DNA of 64,000 nucleotides from contig CAYUTQ010000009.1 in assembly GCA_964447805.1 (NCBI GenBank), forward strand, positions 2,025 through 66,024. Direction: 5' to 3'. The position numbers and the translations under genes were made by a program. Positions 53,012-63,413 of this stretch are shown here, piece by piece. The notes beneath the pieces were generated by a model that saw only the letters and a program-made list of their open reading frames with translations, made no database searches and was not told the DNA's origin. Source of the DNA: an uncultured Clostridia bacterium. Lineage in GTDB: Bacteria; Bacillota; Clostridia; Tissierellales; DATGTQ01. How positions within the stretch are numbered: the first letter of the stretch is position 1; each line of letters opens with the position of its first letter.

Positions 53012-53578
53012 ATGAGAGCCTTTGTTGGTTTAGAATTTGATGAGAATCTTAAATCAAAACTTAAATATATACAAGAAAATATAAAGCAATACTCAAAAAA
53101 AGGTAATTGGATTCATGAAGATAATTTTCATATGACCTTAAAGTTTTTGGGTGAAATTAATAATGAATATGTAAATAATATAGAAAGTATTATCGAAAAT
53201 GTTTCTTGTAAATATTCACCAGTAAAATTAAATTTAAATAAATTAGGTTATTTTAACAATAAGAACGGTGAATTAAGAGTACTTTGGTTAGGAATCTCAG
53301 GGGAGGTAGAAAAACTTACTCAAATTTACAATTATATAGATGAGGAATTATCAAAACTAGGAATTGATAAAGAAAAGCGTGAATTTAATCCTCATATTAC
53401 CCTTGGTAGAAGAGTAATTTTAAATAAACCTTTTTACGAAGTTAATAATTTACTTGAAGAAAATTTGGAGTACAATTTTGTATTAAAGAACATATCTTTG
53501 TTTAAAAGTAAAAAAATCATGAAAAAGCGAGTATATACTCCAATAAAATCAAATAGTTTTAAAAAAACCACAGTTTAA
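53012..53578 (+). CDS. thpR: RNA 2',3'-cyclic phosphodiesterase (2H family, ThpR/LigT)
   Basis: Two HxT motifs are present (HMTLKFLG and HITLGR) and the length is typical of the family. Confidence 0.8.
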   Translation: MRAFVGLEFDENLKSKLKYIQENIKQYSKKGNWIHEDNFHMTLKFLGEINNEYVNNIESIIENVSCKYSPVKLNLNKLGYFNNKNGELRVLWLGISGEVEKLTQIYNYIDEELSKLGIDKEKREFNPHITLGRRVILNKPFYEVNNLLEENLEYNFVLKNISLFKSKKIMKKRVYTPIKSNSFKKTTV

Positions 53579-53594
53579 TAAACTGTGGTTTTTT
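53562..53594 (+). terminator. Rho-independent terminator after thpR
   Basis: AAAAACCACAGTT pairs with AACTGTGGTTTTTT. It overlaps the stop codon. Confidence 0.75.
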
Positions 53595-53628
53595 ATACGC
53601 TTTAGTATAATAACGTAACATATAGTTA

Positions 53629-53651
53629 AAAGTTTTATAGTATAAAACTTT
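53629..53651. promoter_or_regulatory. Perfect palindrome in the hut leader (candidate operator or RNA hairpin)
   Basis: AAAGTTTTATA-g-TATAAAACTTT has 11-nt exact arms. It lies between a TATAAT box (53606..53611) and the hutH RBS. Confidence 0.5.
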
Positions 53652-53684
53652 AAATTATATGTACAAAATAGGAGGAATGTAAAA

Positions 53685-55211
53685 GTGAATAAAGTTATTG
53701 TTGATGGGAATGGATTAACTATTGAGGATTTTATAAAAGTTGTAAGAAAAAATTATAAAGTAGAGTTGTCTAAAAAGGCTATTGAAAGAGTTGAAAGATC
53801 TAGAAAATTAGTAGAAAAATTTGTAGAAGAAGAAAAAGTTGTTTATGGCATTACAACAGGTTTTGGAAAGTTTAGTGATGTACTTATTAATAAAGATGAA
53901 ACTAAAGAACTACAAAAAAATCTTATTATTAGTCATTCTTGTGGAGTAGGAAATGCTTTTGATGAAGAAACAGTAAGGGGAATTATGTTGCTTAGGATAA
54001 ATGCATTAGCTAAAGGTTTTTCTGGGATTCGATATTCAACTTTAAATACATTGGTGGAAATGCTTAATAAAGGTGTGCATCCAGTTATACCTGAAAAAGG
54101 TTCTTTAGGTGCTAGTGGAGATTTAGCTCCTTTAGCTCATATGGTATTAGTTATGATGGGAGAAGGGGAAGCTTTTTATAAGGGAGAAAGATTATCAGGT
54201 AAGGAAGCTATGAATTGTGGGGGAATACCGATAGTAGAGCTTACTTCTAAAGAAGGATTAGCTCTTATCAATGGTACTCAAGTAATGACATCTATAGGAG
54301 CATTAACATTATATGATAGTATTAAATTAAATAAGACTGCTGATATTATATCAGCTTTAACTGTAGAGGCCTTAAATGGTATAGTAAATGCTTATGATAA
54401 AAAAGTTCATCAAGTACGTCCTCATAAAGGGCAAATAGAGACAGCAGACAATTTACTTAAATTATTAGAAAATAGTAATATGATTACAACCCAAGGGGAT
54501 ATAAGAGTTCAAGATGCCTATTCATTAAGATGTATTCCTCAAGTTCATGGAGCAAGTAAAGATGCCATTGATTATGTGGCAGAAAAAGTAAATATTGAAA
54601 TTAACTCAGCTACAGACAATCCTTTGATTTTTGAAGAAGAAGAAAAGGTTATATCAGGAGGAAACTTTCATGGTGAACCTATGGCTTTAAGTTTTGATTT
54701 TTTAGGGATTAGTTTAGCAGAATTAGCGAATATATCTGAAAGAAGAATTGAAAGATTAGTAAATCCTACACTAAGTGGTTTACCAGCATTTCTTGTAAAA
54801 AATGGGGGCTTAAATTCAGGATTTATGATAGTACAATATTCAGCAGCTTCATTAGTTTCAGAAAATAAGGTATTAGCTCATCCTGCTAGTGTAGATTCTA
54901 TACCATCTTCAGCAAATCAAGAAGATCATGTTTCTATGGGTACTATTGCTGCGAGAAAGGCTAGAAATATTTTAGATAATACTAGGAAAGTTTTAGCAAT
55001 GGAGTTGTTGACTGCATGCCAAGGAATAGATTTACGAGGTAATAATGGATTAGGTAAAGGAACAGGAATAGCTTACAGTATAGTTAGAAAACATGTTCCT
55101 ATTATTGAAAAGGATACAATAATGTATAAAGAAATAAATAAATGTGAAGAGATTATTAAATCAAATATTATTTTAGAGAAAATAGAAAGGGAATTAGGTA
55201 AATTATATTAA
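53685..55211 (+). CDS. hutH: Histidine ammonia-lyase
   Basis: The MIO-forming GASGDLAPLAH motif and a 508-aa HAL-like sequence throughout. AGGAGG is followed 9 nt later by the GTG start. Confidence 0.95.
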   Translation: MNKVIVDGNGLTIEDFIKVVRKNYKVELSKKAIERVERSRKLVEKFVEEEKVVYGITTGFGKFSDVLINKDETKELQKNLIISHSCGVGNAFDEETVRGIMLLRINALAKGFSGIRYSTLNTLVEMLNKGVHPVIPEKGSLGASGDLAPLAHMVLVMMGEGEAFYKGERLSGKEAMNCGGIPIVELTSKEGLALINGTQVMTSIGALTLYDSIKLNKTADIISALTVEALNGIVNAYDKKVHQVRPHKGQIETADNLLKLLENSNMITTQGDIRVQDAYSLRCIPQVHGASKDAIDYVAEKVNIEINSATDNPLIFEEEEKVISGGNFHGEPMALSFDFLGISLAELANISERRIERLVNPTLSGLPAFLVKNGGLNSGFMIVQYSAASLVSENKVLAHPASVDSIPSSANQEDHVSMGTIAARKARNILDNTRKVLAMELLTACQGIDLRGNNGLGKGTGIAYSIVRKHVPIIEKDTIMYKEINKCEEIIKSNIILEKIERELGKLY

Positions 55212-55225
55212 GAGGAGGAGTTTTT

Positions 55226-57256
55226 ATGATTAATAATTTGGATATTTCCAAGGCAATGATTATTAAGTTGGACAATGAGTTACCACCTATGTCAGAATTT
55301 GTAAAAGGCATTAGAAGGGCACCAAAACGGGAATTAAATTTAACAAAAAAAGAAATAGAAATTGCACTTAAAAATGCTTTACGTTATATTCCAGAAGAAT
55401 TACATGAAAAATTAGCCAGTGAATTTTTAGATGAACTTTTAACCAGAGGAAGGATATATGGATATCGTTATAGACCAGAAGGATGTATAAAGGGGAAACC
55501 AATAAATGAGTACAAAGGAAAATGTATAGAAGGAAAGGCTTTTCAGGTAATGATTGACAATAATTTAGATTTTGATGTAGCATTGTATCCTTATGAACTT
55601 GTGACATATGGTGAGACAGGGCAAGTATGTCAAAATTGGATGCAATATAGGCTTATAAAAAAGTATTTGAAGGAATTAACAGAAGAACAAACTTTGGTTG
55701 TAGCATCTGGTCATCCATTAGGTCTTTTTAAATCTACTCCTAATAGTCCAAGAGTTATAATTACTAATGCTTTAATGGTAGGAATGTTTGATGATCAAGA
55801 GCATTGGATTAAAGCTCAAGCTATGGGGGTAGCAAATTATGGTCAAATGACTGCTGGTGGTTGGATGTATATAGGACCTCAAGGGATTGTTCATGGAACA
55901 TACAATACTATTCTCAATGCAGGCCGAATTAAATTAGGAATTCCAGAAGATGAAGATTTGAGAGGATATTTGTTTGTAAGTTCAGGGCTTGGTGGAATGA
56001 GTGGAGCTCAAGGCAAGGCAATAGAAATAGCTAATGGAGTGGGAATAATAGCAGAAGTAGATTATTCTAGAATAGAAACTAGATTAAATCAAGGTTGGAT
56101 AGATACAGTGTTAGATGATTTAGATGAAATATTTAAATTAGCAGATGAATATAGAACTAAAAAAGAACCAATAGCTATAGCTTATCATGGTAATATTGTA
56201 GATTTATTAGAATATGCAGTGAAAAAAGATATAAAAATTGATTTGTTATCAGATCAAACTTCATGTCATGTTCCTTATGATGGAGGGTATTGTCCACAGG
56301 GACTTACATTTGAAGAAAGAACAAATATGTTAGGTAATGATAAAGAACAGTTTGTGCAGTTGGTTGACAAATCTTTAAAGCATCATTTTGAACTTATTAA
56401 GGAATTAGTAGATAAGGGAACTTACTTTTTTGATTATGGCAATAGTTTTATGAAAGCTGTATTTGATGCAGGAGCTACAGAAATAGCTAAAAATGGGGTG
56501 GACGAAAGTGAAGGATTTATTTTTCCATCCTATGTAGAGGATATTATGGGTCCTATGTTGTTTGATTATGGATATGGACCATTTAGATGGGTATGTTTAA
56601 GTGGTAAACATGAAGATTTAATGAAAACTGACAAAGCAGCAATGGAATGTATAGATCCAAATAGACGAGGACAAGACAGGGATAACTATATCTGGGTAAG
56701 AGATGCAGAAGACCATGATTTAGTCGTAGGAACTCAAGCAAGAATATTATATCAAGATGCATTAGGAAGAATGAATATTGCACTTAAATTTAATGAAATG
56801 GTTAGAAATGGAGAAATTGGACCAGTAATGTTGGGAAGAGATCATCATGATACTGGTGGTACAGATTCACCTTTTAGAGAAACAGCTAATATTAAAGATG
56901 GTAGTAATATTATGGCTGATATGGCAACTCATTGTTTTGCAGGGAATGCTGCTAGAGGAATGAGTCTTATATCACTTCATAATGGCGGAGGAGTAGGAAT
57001 AGGAAAAGCAATAAATGGAGGCTTTGGATTGGTTTTAGATGGTAGTAAGAGAATAGATAATATTATAAAAACAGCTATGCCATGGGATGTAATGGGAGGA
57101 GTAGCAAGAAGATCTTGGGCAAGAAATGAAAATTCAATAAAAACTTGTATTGAATACAATAAAAATCATAAAAACACAGATCATATAACTATTCCTTATG
57201 TAGCTGATGATAATTTAATTAGAGAATTAATAGATGATAAATTGGAAAATAATTAA
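55226..57256 (+). CDS. hutU: Urocanate hydratase
   Basis: 676 aa with SGLGGMSGAQGKA, GQMTAGGWMYIGPQGIVHGT and HDTGGTDSPFRET. Confidence 0.95.
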   Translation: MINNLDISKAMIIKLDNELPPMSEFVKGIRRAPKRELNLTKKEIEIALKNALRYIPEELHEKLASEFLDELLTRGRIYGYRYRPEGCIKGKPINEYKGKCIEGKAFQVMIDNNLDFDVALYPYELVTYGETGQVCQNWMQYRLIKKYLKELTEEQTLVVASGHPLGLFKSTPNSPRVIITNALMVGMFDDQEHWIKAQAMGVANYGQMTAGGWMYIGPQGIVHGTYNTILNAGRIKLGIPEDEDLRGYLFVSSGLGGMSGAQGKAIEIANGVGIIAEVDYSRIETRLNQGWIDTVLDDLDEIFKLADEYRTKKEPIAIAYHGNIVDLLEYAVKKDIKIDLLSDQTSCHVPYDGGYCPQGLTFEERTNMLGNDKEQFVQLVDKSLKHHFELIKELVDKGTYFFDYGNSFMKAVFDAGATEIAKNGVDESEGFIFPSYVEDIMGPMLFDYGYGPFRWVCLSGKHEDLMKTDKAAMECIDPNRRGQDRDNYIWVRDAEDHDLVVGTQARILYQDALGRMNIALKFNEMVRNGEIGPVMLGRDHHDTGGTDSPFRETANIKDGSNIMADMATHCFAGNAARGMSLISLHNGGGVGIGKAINGGFGLVLDGSKRIDNIIKTAMPWDVMGGVARRSWARNENSIKTCIEYNKNHKNTDHITIPYVADDNLIRELIDDKLENN

Positions 57257-57279
57257 ATAATAGAAAGGAGATTTAATTA

Positions 57280-58176
57280 ATGGCTAGGATTGTACAGTGT
57301 GTACCAAATTTTAGCGAAGGAAGAGACAAAGGGATAATAGAAAAGATAGTAGAAGAAATAAGAAAAACGGATGAAGTAAAATTACTAGATTATTCTCCTG
57401 ATAAGGATCATAATCGTTGTGTAGTAACATTTATAGGAGAACCTGAAAAAGTAATATTGGCAGCTTTTAATGCATGTAAGGTAGCTTCAGAATTAATTGA
57501 TATGTCTGAACATAGTGGAGAGCATCCAAGAATGGGAGCTACAGATGTAATACCATTGATTCCCATTTCAGATGTAACTATGGAAGAATGTATAGTATAT
57601 TCAAAGAAACTAGCACAAAAAATAGGTGAAGAATTAGATATTCCAGTTTTTCTATATGAAAAATCTGCTTCTAAATCGTATAGAGAAAATTTAGCAGAAG
57701 TTAGAAGAGGACAATATGAAGGTATGGAAGAAAAGTTGAAAGATGAGAGATGGAAACCAGATTTTGGTCCTGATAAATTAAATATAAAAGCAGGAGTAAC
57801 AGCAGTAGGTGCTAGAATGCCTTTAGTTGCATTTAATGTAAATTTAGATACGGATAATTTAGATATTGCTAAAAAAATAGCTAAAGGAGTTCGAGGTAGT
57901 AGTGGTGGATATAGATATTGTAAAGCATTAGGTATAGAAATTAAAGAGAGAAATATAGTTCAAGTATCTATGAATATGGTTGATTATACAAAAACACCAT
58001 TATATAGAGTGTTTGATACTATTGAAAGAGAAGCAAATAGATATGGTGTTAATGTAATAGGTAGTGAAATAATAGGTTTGGTGCCTATGAATGCACTTAT
58101 AGATGTAGCAGATTATTATTTAAAGATAGAAGATTTTGATTCTGATCAAATACTTGAAAATAGAATGTTTGAATAG
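57280..58176 (+). CDS. ftcD: Glutamate formimidoyltransferase
   Basis: N-terminus VQCVPNFSEGR and HPRMGATDV are the hallmarks of the formiminotransferase domain. Confidence 0.9.
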   Translation: MARIVQCVPNFSEGRDKGIIEKIVEEIRKTDEVKLLDYSPDKDHNRCVVTFIGEPEKVILAAFNACKVASELIDMSEHSGEHPRMGATDVIPLIPISDVTMEECIVYSKKLAQKIGEELDIPVFLYEKSASKSYRENLAEVRRGQYEGMEEKLKDERWKPDFGPDKLNIKAGVTAVGARMPLVAFNVNLDTDNLDIAKKIAKGVRGSSGGYRYCKALGIEIKERNIVQVSMNMVDYTKTPLYRVFDTIEREANRYGVNVIGSEIIGLVPMNALIDVADYYLKIEDFDSDQILENRMFE

Positions 58177-58187
58177 GGTGATAAAAA

Positions 58188-59438
58188 ATGAAAGCAACTT
58201 TAATAATTGAAAATATTTCCAATCTTATAACTATGAGAGGAGAGAATAGACCTAGAACAAAAGAAGAAATGGAAGATATAGGTCTTATTAAAAATGGAGT
58301 TATAGCAGTTAAAGATGATGAAATAATATATGTAGGACAGGGAGATTTACCAAGTAATATAGAAACAACAGAAGAAACAATAGTATTAGATGGGAAGGAA
58401 AAAACAGTTACACCGGGACTAGTAGATTCACATACTCATCTTGTTCATGGTGGTTCAAGAGAACATGAACTTTCAATGAAATTAAAAGGTGTAGGATATT
58501 TAGACATTTTAAGAGCTGGTGGAGGGATACACAGTACTGTTAAAGCAACAAAAGAAGCTTCTTTTGATGAATTATATAATAAAGCAAAAAAGAGTTTGGA
58601 TATTATGTTGAGTTATGGTGTAACAACAATTGAGGCAAAGAGTGGATATGGTATTGATCATTTTGATACGGAATTAAAACAATTGGAAGTTGCCCAAAAA
58701 TTAAATGAAAATCATTCTGTAGATATTGTATCCACATTTTTAGGTGCTCATGCTATACCATCAATTTATGAGAATAATTCAGATGAGTTTGTAGATATAT
58801 TGATAAATGAAATGATACCAGAAGTGAGTAAAAGAAAATTAGCAAAATTTTGTGATGTATTTTGTGAGGAAGAAGTATTTACAGTAGAACAGTCAAGACG
58901 TATACTTTTAGCAGGGAAGAAACATGGGTTATTACCTAAAATTCATGCAGATGAGATTAAACCTTTAGGTGGAGCAGAATTGGCAGCAGAAGTAGGCTGT
59001 ATTACAGCAGATCATTTGGTTGCAGCTAGTGATGAAGGTATGAGAAAAATGGCTAAAGAAAAAGTAATAGCAAATCTTTTGCCGGCTACTTCTTTTAATT
59101 TACAAACTGGTAAATTTGCACAAGGTAGAAAAATGATTGATATGGGGATACCAGTATCTTTATCTACAGATTATAATCCTGGTAGCTGTCCTACTGAGAA
59201 TATGCAATTAGTTATGTCATTTGCTTCTTTGATTATGAAAATGACTCCAGAAGAAGTAATAACAGCTGTTACAATAAATGGAGCTAGTGCTTTAGGGTTA
59301 GAGAAAGAAATAGGAAGTATTGAAAAGGGTAAAAAAGCAGATATTGTCATATTCGATTCTCCAAATTTGGATTATATAATATATCATTTCGGTATAAATC
59401 ATGTAGAAAAAGTAATAAAAAATGGAGACATTATTTAA
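58188..59438 (+). CDS. hutI: Imidazolonepropionase
   Basis: LVDSHTHLVHGGSRE, KIHADE and STDYNPGS are the amidohydrolase metal ligands in HutI order. Confidence 0.9.
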   Translation: MKATLIIENISNLITMRGENRPRTKEEMEDIGLIKNGVIAVKDDEIIYVGQGDLPSNIETTEETIVLDGKEKTVTPGLVDSHTHLVHGGSREHELSMKLKGVGYLDILRAGGGIHSTVKATKEASFDELYNKAKKSLDIMLSYGVTTIEAKSGYGIDHFDTELKQLEVAQKLNENHSVDIVSTFLGAHAIPSIYENNSDEFVDILINEMIPEVSKRKLAKFCDVFCEEEVFTVEQSRRILLAGKKHGLLPKIHADEIKPLGGAELAAEVGCITADHLVAASDEGMRKMAKEKVIANLLPATSFNLQTGKFAQGRKMIDMGIPVSLSTDYNPGSCPTENMQLVMSFASLIMKMTPEEVITAVTINGASALGLEKEIGSIEKGKKADIVIFDSPNLDYIIYHFGINHVEKVIKNGDII

Positions 59439-59466
59439 AAGCACACTCGGAGTGTGCTTTTGTTTT
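59437..59466 (+). terminator. Rho-independent terminator of the hut operon
   Basis: AAAAGCACACT-cgg-AGTGTGCTTTT followed by GTTTT. Confidence 0.75.
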
Positions 59467-59604
59467 AAATGTAGATTTTAATATTTAAAGAATTAAAGAA
59501 GGATAAAATAGAAATATGTAGAAATATAATAAATAGAAATATACAATAATAAAAAATGGATTCATTTAAGAAAATGTAGTAGTATATAAGAAGGAGGGGT
59601 TTTT

Positions 59605-60063
59605 ATGACAGAAAAACAATATGTTGTGTTTAAGCTTGGGAAAGAGGAGTATGGTATAGATATAATGAATGTAAAAGAAATAGGTCCATATAAGGAATCT
59701 GTAAAAGTACCCAATACACCTGATTTCATTGAAGGAATAATTAATTATCGAGGAGATGTAATACCTATTATTAATCTTATTAAAAGATTTAATTTAGAAG
59801 ATAGAGGTGTAACTGATGATACAAGAATAATAGTTATTAATCTTAATGAAAAGCAAGTAGGTTTTGTTGTAGATGAAGCATCACAAACATTGAGATTGGA
59901 TGACAAGGATATAGATCCAGCACCAGATATTATATCTTCTATTGATAGAAGATATATTAATGGAGTAGGTAAATTAGATGATGAAAGATTATTAATTTTA
60001 ATAGATCTAGAAATGGTTTTAAGTGAAGAAGAGAAAGAAGAAATTGAGAATATGGATATTTAG
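59605..60063 (+). CDS. cheW: CheW-domain coupling protein
   Basis: YVVFKLGKEEYGIDIMNVKEI...IINYRGDVIPIINL...VGFVVDEASQ is a canonical single CheW domain. Confidence 0.85.
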   Translation: MTEKQYVVFKLGKEEYGIDIMNVKEIGPYKESVKVPNTPDFIEGIINYRGDVIPIINLIKRFNLEDRGVTDDTRIIVINLNEKQVGFVVDEASQTLRLDDKDIDPAPDIISSIDRRYINGVGKLDDERLLILIDLEMVLSEEEKEEIENMDI

Positions 60064-60099
60064 CATTATAATTAGAATTTAAATTTTTAGAGGTGTTAT

Positions 60100-61266
60100 A
60101 TGGTGAATGAATCCCTGGAAAATATAAAAAAAGCAAATGATATTTTAAATAAGACAATTGATACAATTGAAAATAGCAGGGATGAATTGTTTGACGTGGT
60201 GGAATTTACTAGAAAAGAATACAAAAATATTGAAAAAGAATTGGAACTTATAAAAAGTAAAGTGGAGAAAGTTATTAAAGATGTAGATACTTTAGAAGTT
60301 AAAGAAAGAAAAAGTAGACATAGATTAGCAAAAGTAAGTAAAAATTTTAATTTGCATAATGAAAAAGATATAAAAGTGGCTTATGAAGAAGCTAATAATT
60401 TAAGAGTAAAATTGATGTTAAAAAGAGAAGAAGAAAGAATTTTAGTAGCGAAAAGAAGAGATTTAGAGATTAGACTTAAAGAATCTTATAGGGTATTTAA
60501 AAAAGCAGAAAATATTACTAAGCAAGTAAATGTAGCTAGTGAATACTTAAAAGGTAATTTAGATGATATAATGTTAACTATTGATGATTTAAGTAAAAAA
60601 CAATATTTAGGTATAAAAATTTTAGAAGCTCAGGAAGAAGAAAGACGAAGGTTATCAAGAGAAATTCATGATGGCCCAGCTCAATCATTAGCTAGTATAA
60701 TTATAAAAGTAGAATTATGTAAAAGCTTAATGGATAAGGATTTAGGAAAGTCAAGAGAAGAATTAGAAAATTTGAAAATAGTGGTTAGAGAATTATTAAG
60801 AGATACTAGAGAAATAATATATGATTTACGACCTATGTCATTAGATGATTTAGGGCTAGAACCTACATTAAAAAGGTATATTTATAAATTTAAAAAAGAT
60901 ACAAAAATAGATGTGGAATTGAGTATTATAGGGAAATTGAATAATTTAAAATCGGCTGTTGAAATAGCTATATTTAGAGTAATACAAGAAGGATTAAGTA
61001 ATATAAAAAAACATTCTAAAGCAACTAGTGCCAATATTAGGATAGAAAATATGTCTAATAAAATTAATATTTTTATATCAGATAATGGTATTGGATTTAA
61101 TAGTGATGAAGATAGAAGTATAACTATGGAAAAATTTATGGAAGGTTATGGATTAATTAGTATGAGAGAGAGAGTTGGATTATTAGGAGGTAAGATGCAA
61201 TTACGTTCATTGCCAGGTAGTGGAACTAGGATATACTTATATATACCAATAGGTGAAGGGGGATAA
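60100..61266 (+). CDS. degS: Cytoplasmic sensor histidine kinase, DegS-like (HisKA_3 plus HATPase_c)
   Basis: Coiled-coil N-terminal half with no TM segment, H-box [17 protein letters not shown], and a C-terminal ATPase ([19 protein letters not shown]). Confidence 0.8.
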   Translation: MVNESLENIKKANDILNKTIDTIENSRDELFDVVEFTRKEYKNIEKELELIKSKVEKVIKDVDTLEVKERKSRHRLAKVSKNFNLHNEKDIKVAYEEANNLRVKLMLKREEERILVAKRRDLEIRLKESYRVFKKAENITKQVNVASEYLKGNLDDIMLTIDDLSKKQYLGIKILEAQEEERRRLSREIHDGPAQSLASIIIKVELCKSLMDKDLGKSREELENLKIVVRELLRDTREIIYDLRPMSLDDLGLEPTLKRYIYKFKKDTKIDVELSIIGKLNNLKSAVEIAIFRVIQEGLSNIKKHSKATSANIRIENMSNKINIFISDNGIGFNSDEDRSITMEKFMEGYGLISMRERVGLLGGKMQLRSLPGSGTRIYLYIPIGEGG

Positions 61267-61274
61267 AATTAAAA

Positions 61275-61934
61275 ATGAATGAAAATATTACAGTCATGAT
61301 AGCGGATGATCATGCTTTAATGAGGGAAGGATTAAAACAAATTTTAGAAATGGAGGATGATATTGATGTAATAGCTGAAGCAGGAGATGGAGAGGAAACC
61401 ATGGAGAAAACTTTAAAATATAGACCAGATTTAGTTTTATTAGATATAAATATGCCTAAGATGAATGGAATTGAAGTATTAAGAAGATATAAAGATTTAG
61501 GGGTAGAATCTAAGGTAATAATGCTCACTATACATAATGATAGAGAATATTTATATGAAACTATCAAAATAGGAGCAAATGGCTATGTTTTAAAAGATTC
61601 AGATGCAGATAGTTTAATAAAAGCAATTAAAGATGTTTATTTAGGGAAAACCTATATACAACCAAGCATAGCGTCCTCACTTGTTGAACAATTAGAAGAA
61701 GATAAAAAAGAAAATAATGAAAATTTAATGAAAATAGAATCGCTTACTAAAAGAGAATATGAAGTATTAACTTTGATTGCAGAAGGGTTAAATAATAGAG
61801 AAATAGCAGAGAGATTATTTATTAGTGAAAAAACAGTAAAAAATCATGTATCAAATATATTTAGAAAGCTTGATGTGAATGATAGAATACAAGCGGCTAT
61901 TTTTGCCTTTAAAAATAATATAAAAAAGATATAA
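61275..61934 (+). CDS. degU: Response regulator, NarL/LuxR family (DegU-like)
   Basis: REC domain (IADDH...[10 protein letters not shown]...KVIMLT) plus a LuxR HTH ([43 protein letters not shown]). Confidence 0.85.
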   Translation: MNENITVMIADDHALMREGLKQILEMEDDIDVIAEAGDGEETMEKTLKYRPDLVLLDINMPKMNGIEVLRRYKDLGVESKVIMLTIHNDREYLYETIKIGANGYVLKDSDADSLIKAIKDVYLGKTYIQPSIASSLVEQLEEDKKENNENLMKIESLTKREYEVLTLIAEGLNNREIAERLFISEKTVKNHVSNIFRKLDVNDRIQAAIFAFKNNIKKI

Positions 61935-61961
61935 TTTAGATAATAGGATGGAGGGATTAGT

Positions 61962-63371
61962 ATGGTAAAAGAATTACAAAAAAAATTATCATTTGAACCT
62001 AAAAACATCTGGGAATTAATTGAAGACAATGAAAAAGAGAATATATTTGAAATAGGTGAAGATTATAAAAAATTTTTAGATAATAGCAAAACTGAAAGAA
62101 AAGCTACTAAAGAAATAATTAGAAGAGCTAAAGAAAAGGGGTTTATCTCTCTTGATGAAGTAGTAGAGAAAAATATTAAATTAGAGCCCGGATTAAAAAT
62201 ATACTCAACTAATAAAGAGAAAGGTGTAGTTTTAATAGTTTTAGGCAAAGAAAATATAATAGAAGGTTTAAATATTGTAGGTTCTCATATTGATTCACCA
62301 AGATTAGATTTGAAACAAAATCCATTATATGAAGATTCAGAGTTAGCATTTTTTAAGACTCATTATTATGGTGGTATAAAGAAATATCAATGGACATCAT
62401 TACCTTTGGCATTACATGGAGTAGTTGTTAAAGAAACAGGAGAAAAAATAAACATATCTATTGGGGATGAAGAAGATGAACCAGTATTTTTCATATCAGA
62501 TTTACTTATTCATTTAGCGAAAGATCAAATGAACAAAAAGCTTTCCGAGGCAATAGAAGGAGAAGGGTTAAACATTATTATAGGTAGTATTCCATATAAG
62601 GGAGAAGATATTTCTGAAAAAGTGAAATTGAATATTTTGAATATATTGAATAAAAAATATGGGATAACAGAAGAAGATTTTGTAACTGCTGAAATAGAAG
62701 CGGTGCCTGCTGGAAGAGCAAGAGACGTAGGCTTAGATAAAAGTTTGATTGTAAGTTATGGTCAAGATGATAGAGTTTGTGCATATACATCTTTAAGAGC
62801 TATACTAGGAGTTGAAAATCCTGAAAAGACAGCAGTAGCTTTATTTGTTGATAAAGAAGAAATAGGAAATGTAGGAAATACAGGCATGGAATCTAACTTT
62901 TTTGAAAATGTAATAACAAGTTTGATATCATTAAATGCAGATTCTAGTTTTGCAAAGGTTAGAAAAACTTTTGCAAATTCTAAAGCACTATCTGCTGATG
63001 TTGCAGCAGGATATGATCCTAATTATCCTGATGTATTTGAAAAAAGAAATGCAGCTTTTTTAGGTAAGGGAATTACAATAATAAAATATACAGGTTCTAG
63101 AGGTAAAGGCGGTTGTAATGATGCAAATCCTGAATTAATAGCAGATGTTAGAAAGGCATTTAATGAAAATAATGTAATTTGGCAGACAAGCGAACTAGGA
63201 AAAGTTGATCAAGGAGGAGGAGGAACTATTGCATATATTTTAGCAAATAAAGGTATAGAAGTAGTTGATTGTGGAGTTCCTATTCTTAGTATGCATGCAC
63301 CTTATGAAGTATCAAGCAAAGCAGATATTTATATGACCTGTAAAGGATATAAAGCTTTTTATCTTTCTTAA
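61962..63371 (+). CDS. M18-family aminopeptidase
   Basis: 469 aa with IVGSHIDSPRLDLK, VDKEEIGN and SMHAPYE, the typical M18 (ApeA-like) ligand blocks. Confidence 0.8.
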   Translation: MVKELQKKLSFEPKNIWELIEDNEKENIFEIGEDYKKFLDNSKTERKATKEIIRRAKEKGFISLDEVVEKNIKLEPGLKIYSTNKEKGVVLIVLGKENIIEGLNIVGSHIDSPRLDLKQNPLYEDSELAFFKTHYYGGIKKYQWTSLPLALHGVVVKETGEKINISIGDEEDEPVFFISDLLIHLAKDQMNKKLSEAIEGEGLNIIIGSIPYKGEDISEKVKLNILNILNKKYGITEEDFVTAEIEAVPAGRARDVGLDKSLIVSYGQDDRVCAYTSLRAILGVENPEKTAVALFVDKEEIGNVGNTGMESNFFENVITSLISLNADSSFAKVRKTFANSKALSADVAAGYDPNYPDVFEKRNAAFLGKGITIIKYTGSRGKGGCNDANPELIADVRKAFNENNVIWQTSELGKVDQGGGGTIAYILANKGIEVVDCGVPILSMHAPYEVSSKADIYMTCKGYKAFYLS

Positions 63372-63379
63372 ATAATTTA

Positions 63380-63413
63380 AAAAGATCAAACCGTTTAAAC
63401 GGTTTGATCTTTT
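63380..63413. terminator. Bidirectional terminator (aminopeptidase / LysR convergent)
   Basis: AAAGATCAAACCGTT-taa-ACGGTTTGATCTTT. It overlaps the LysR gene stop codon. Confidence 0.7.

Noticed and set aside
59467-59604. Threefold ATGTAG motif upstream of cheW as a regulator binding site
   Set aside because: It is only a 6-mer in AT-rich DNA with irregular spacing. This is too weak to call.
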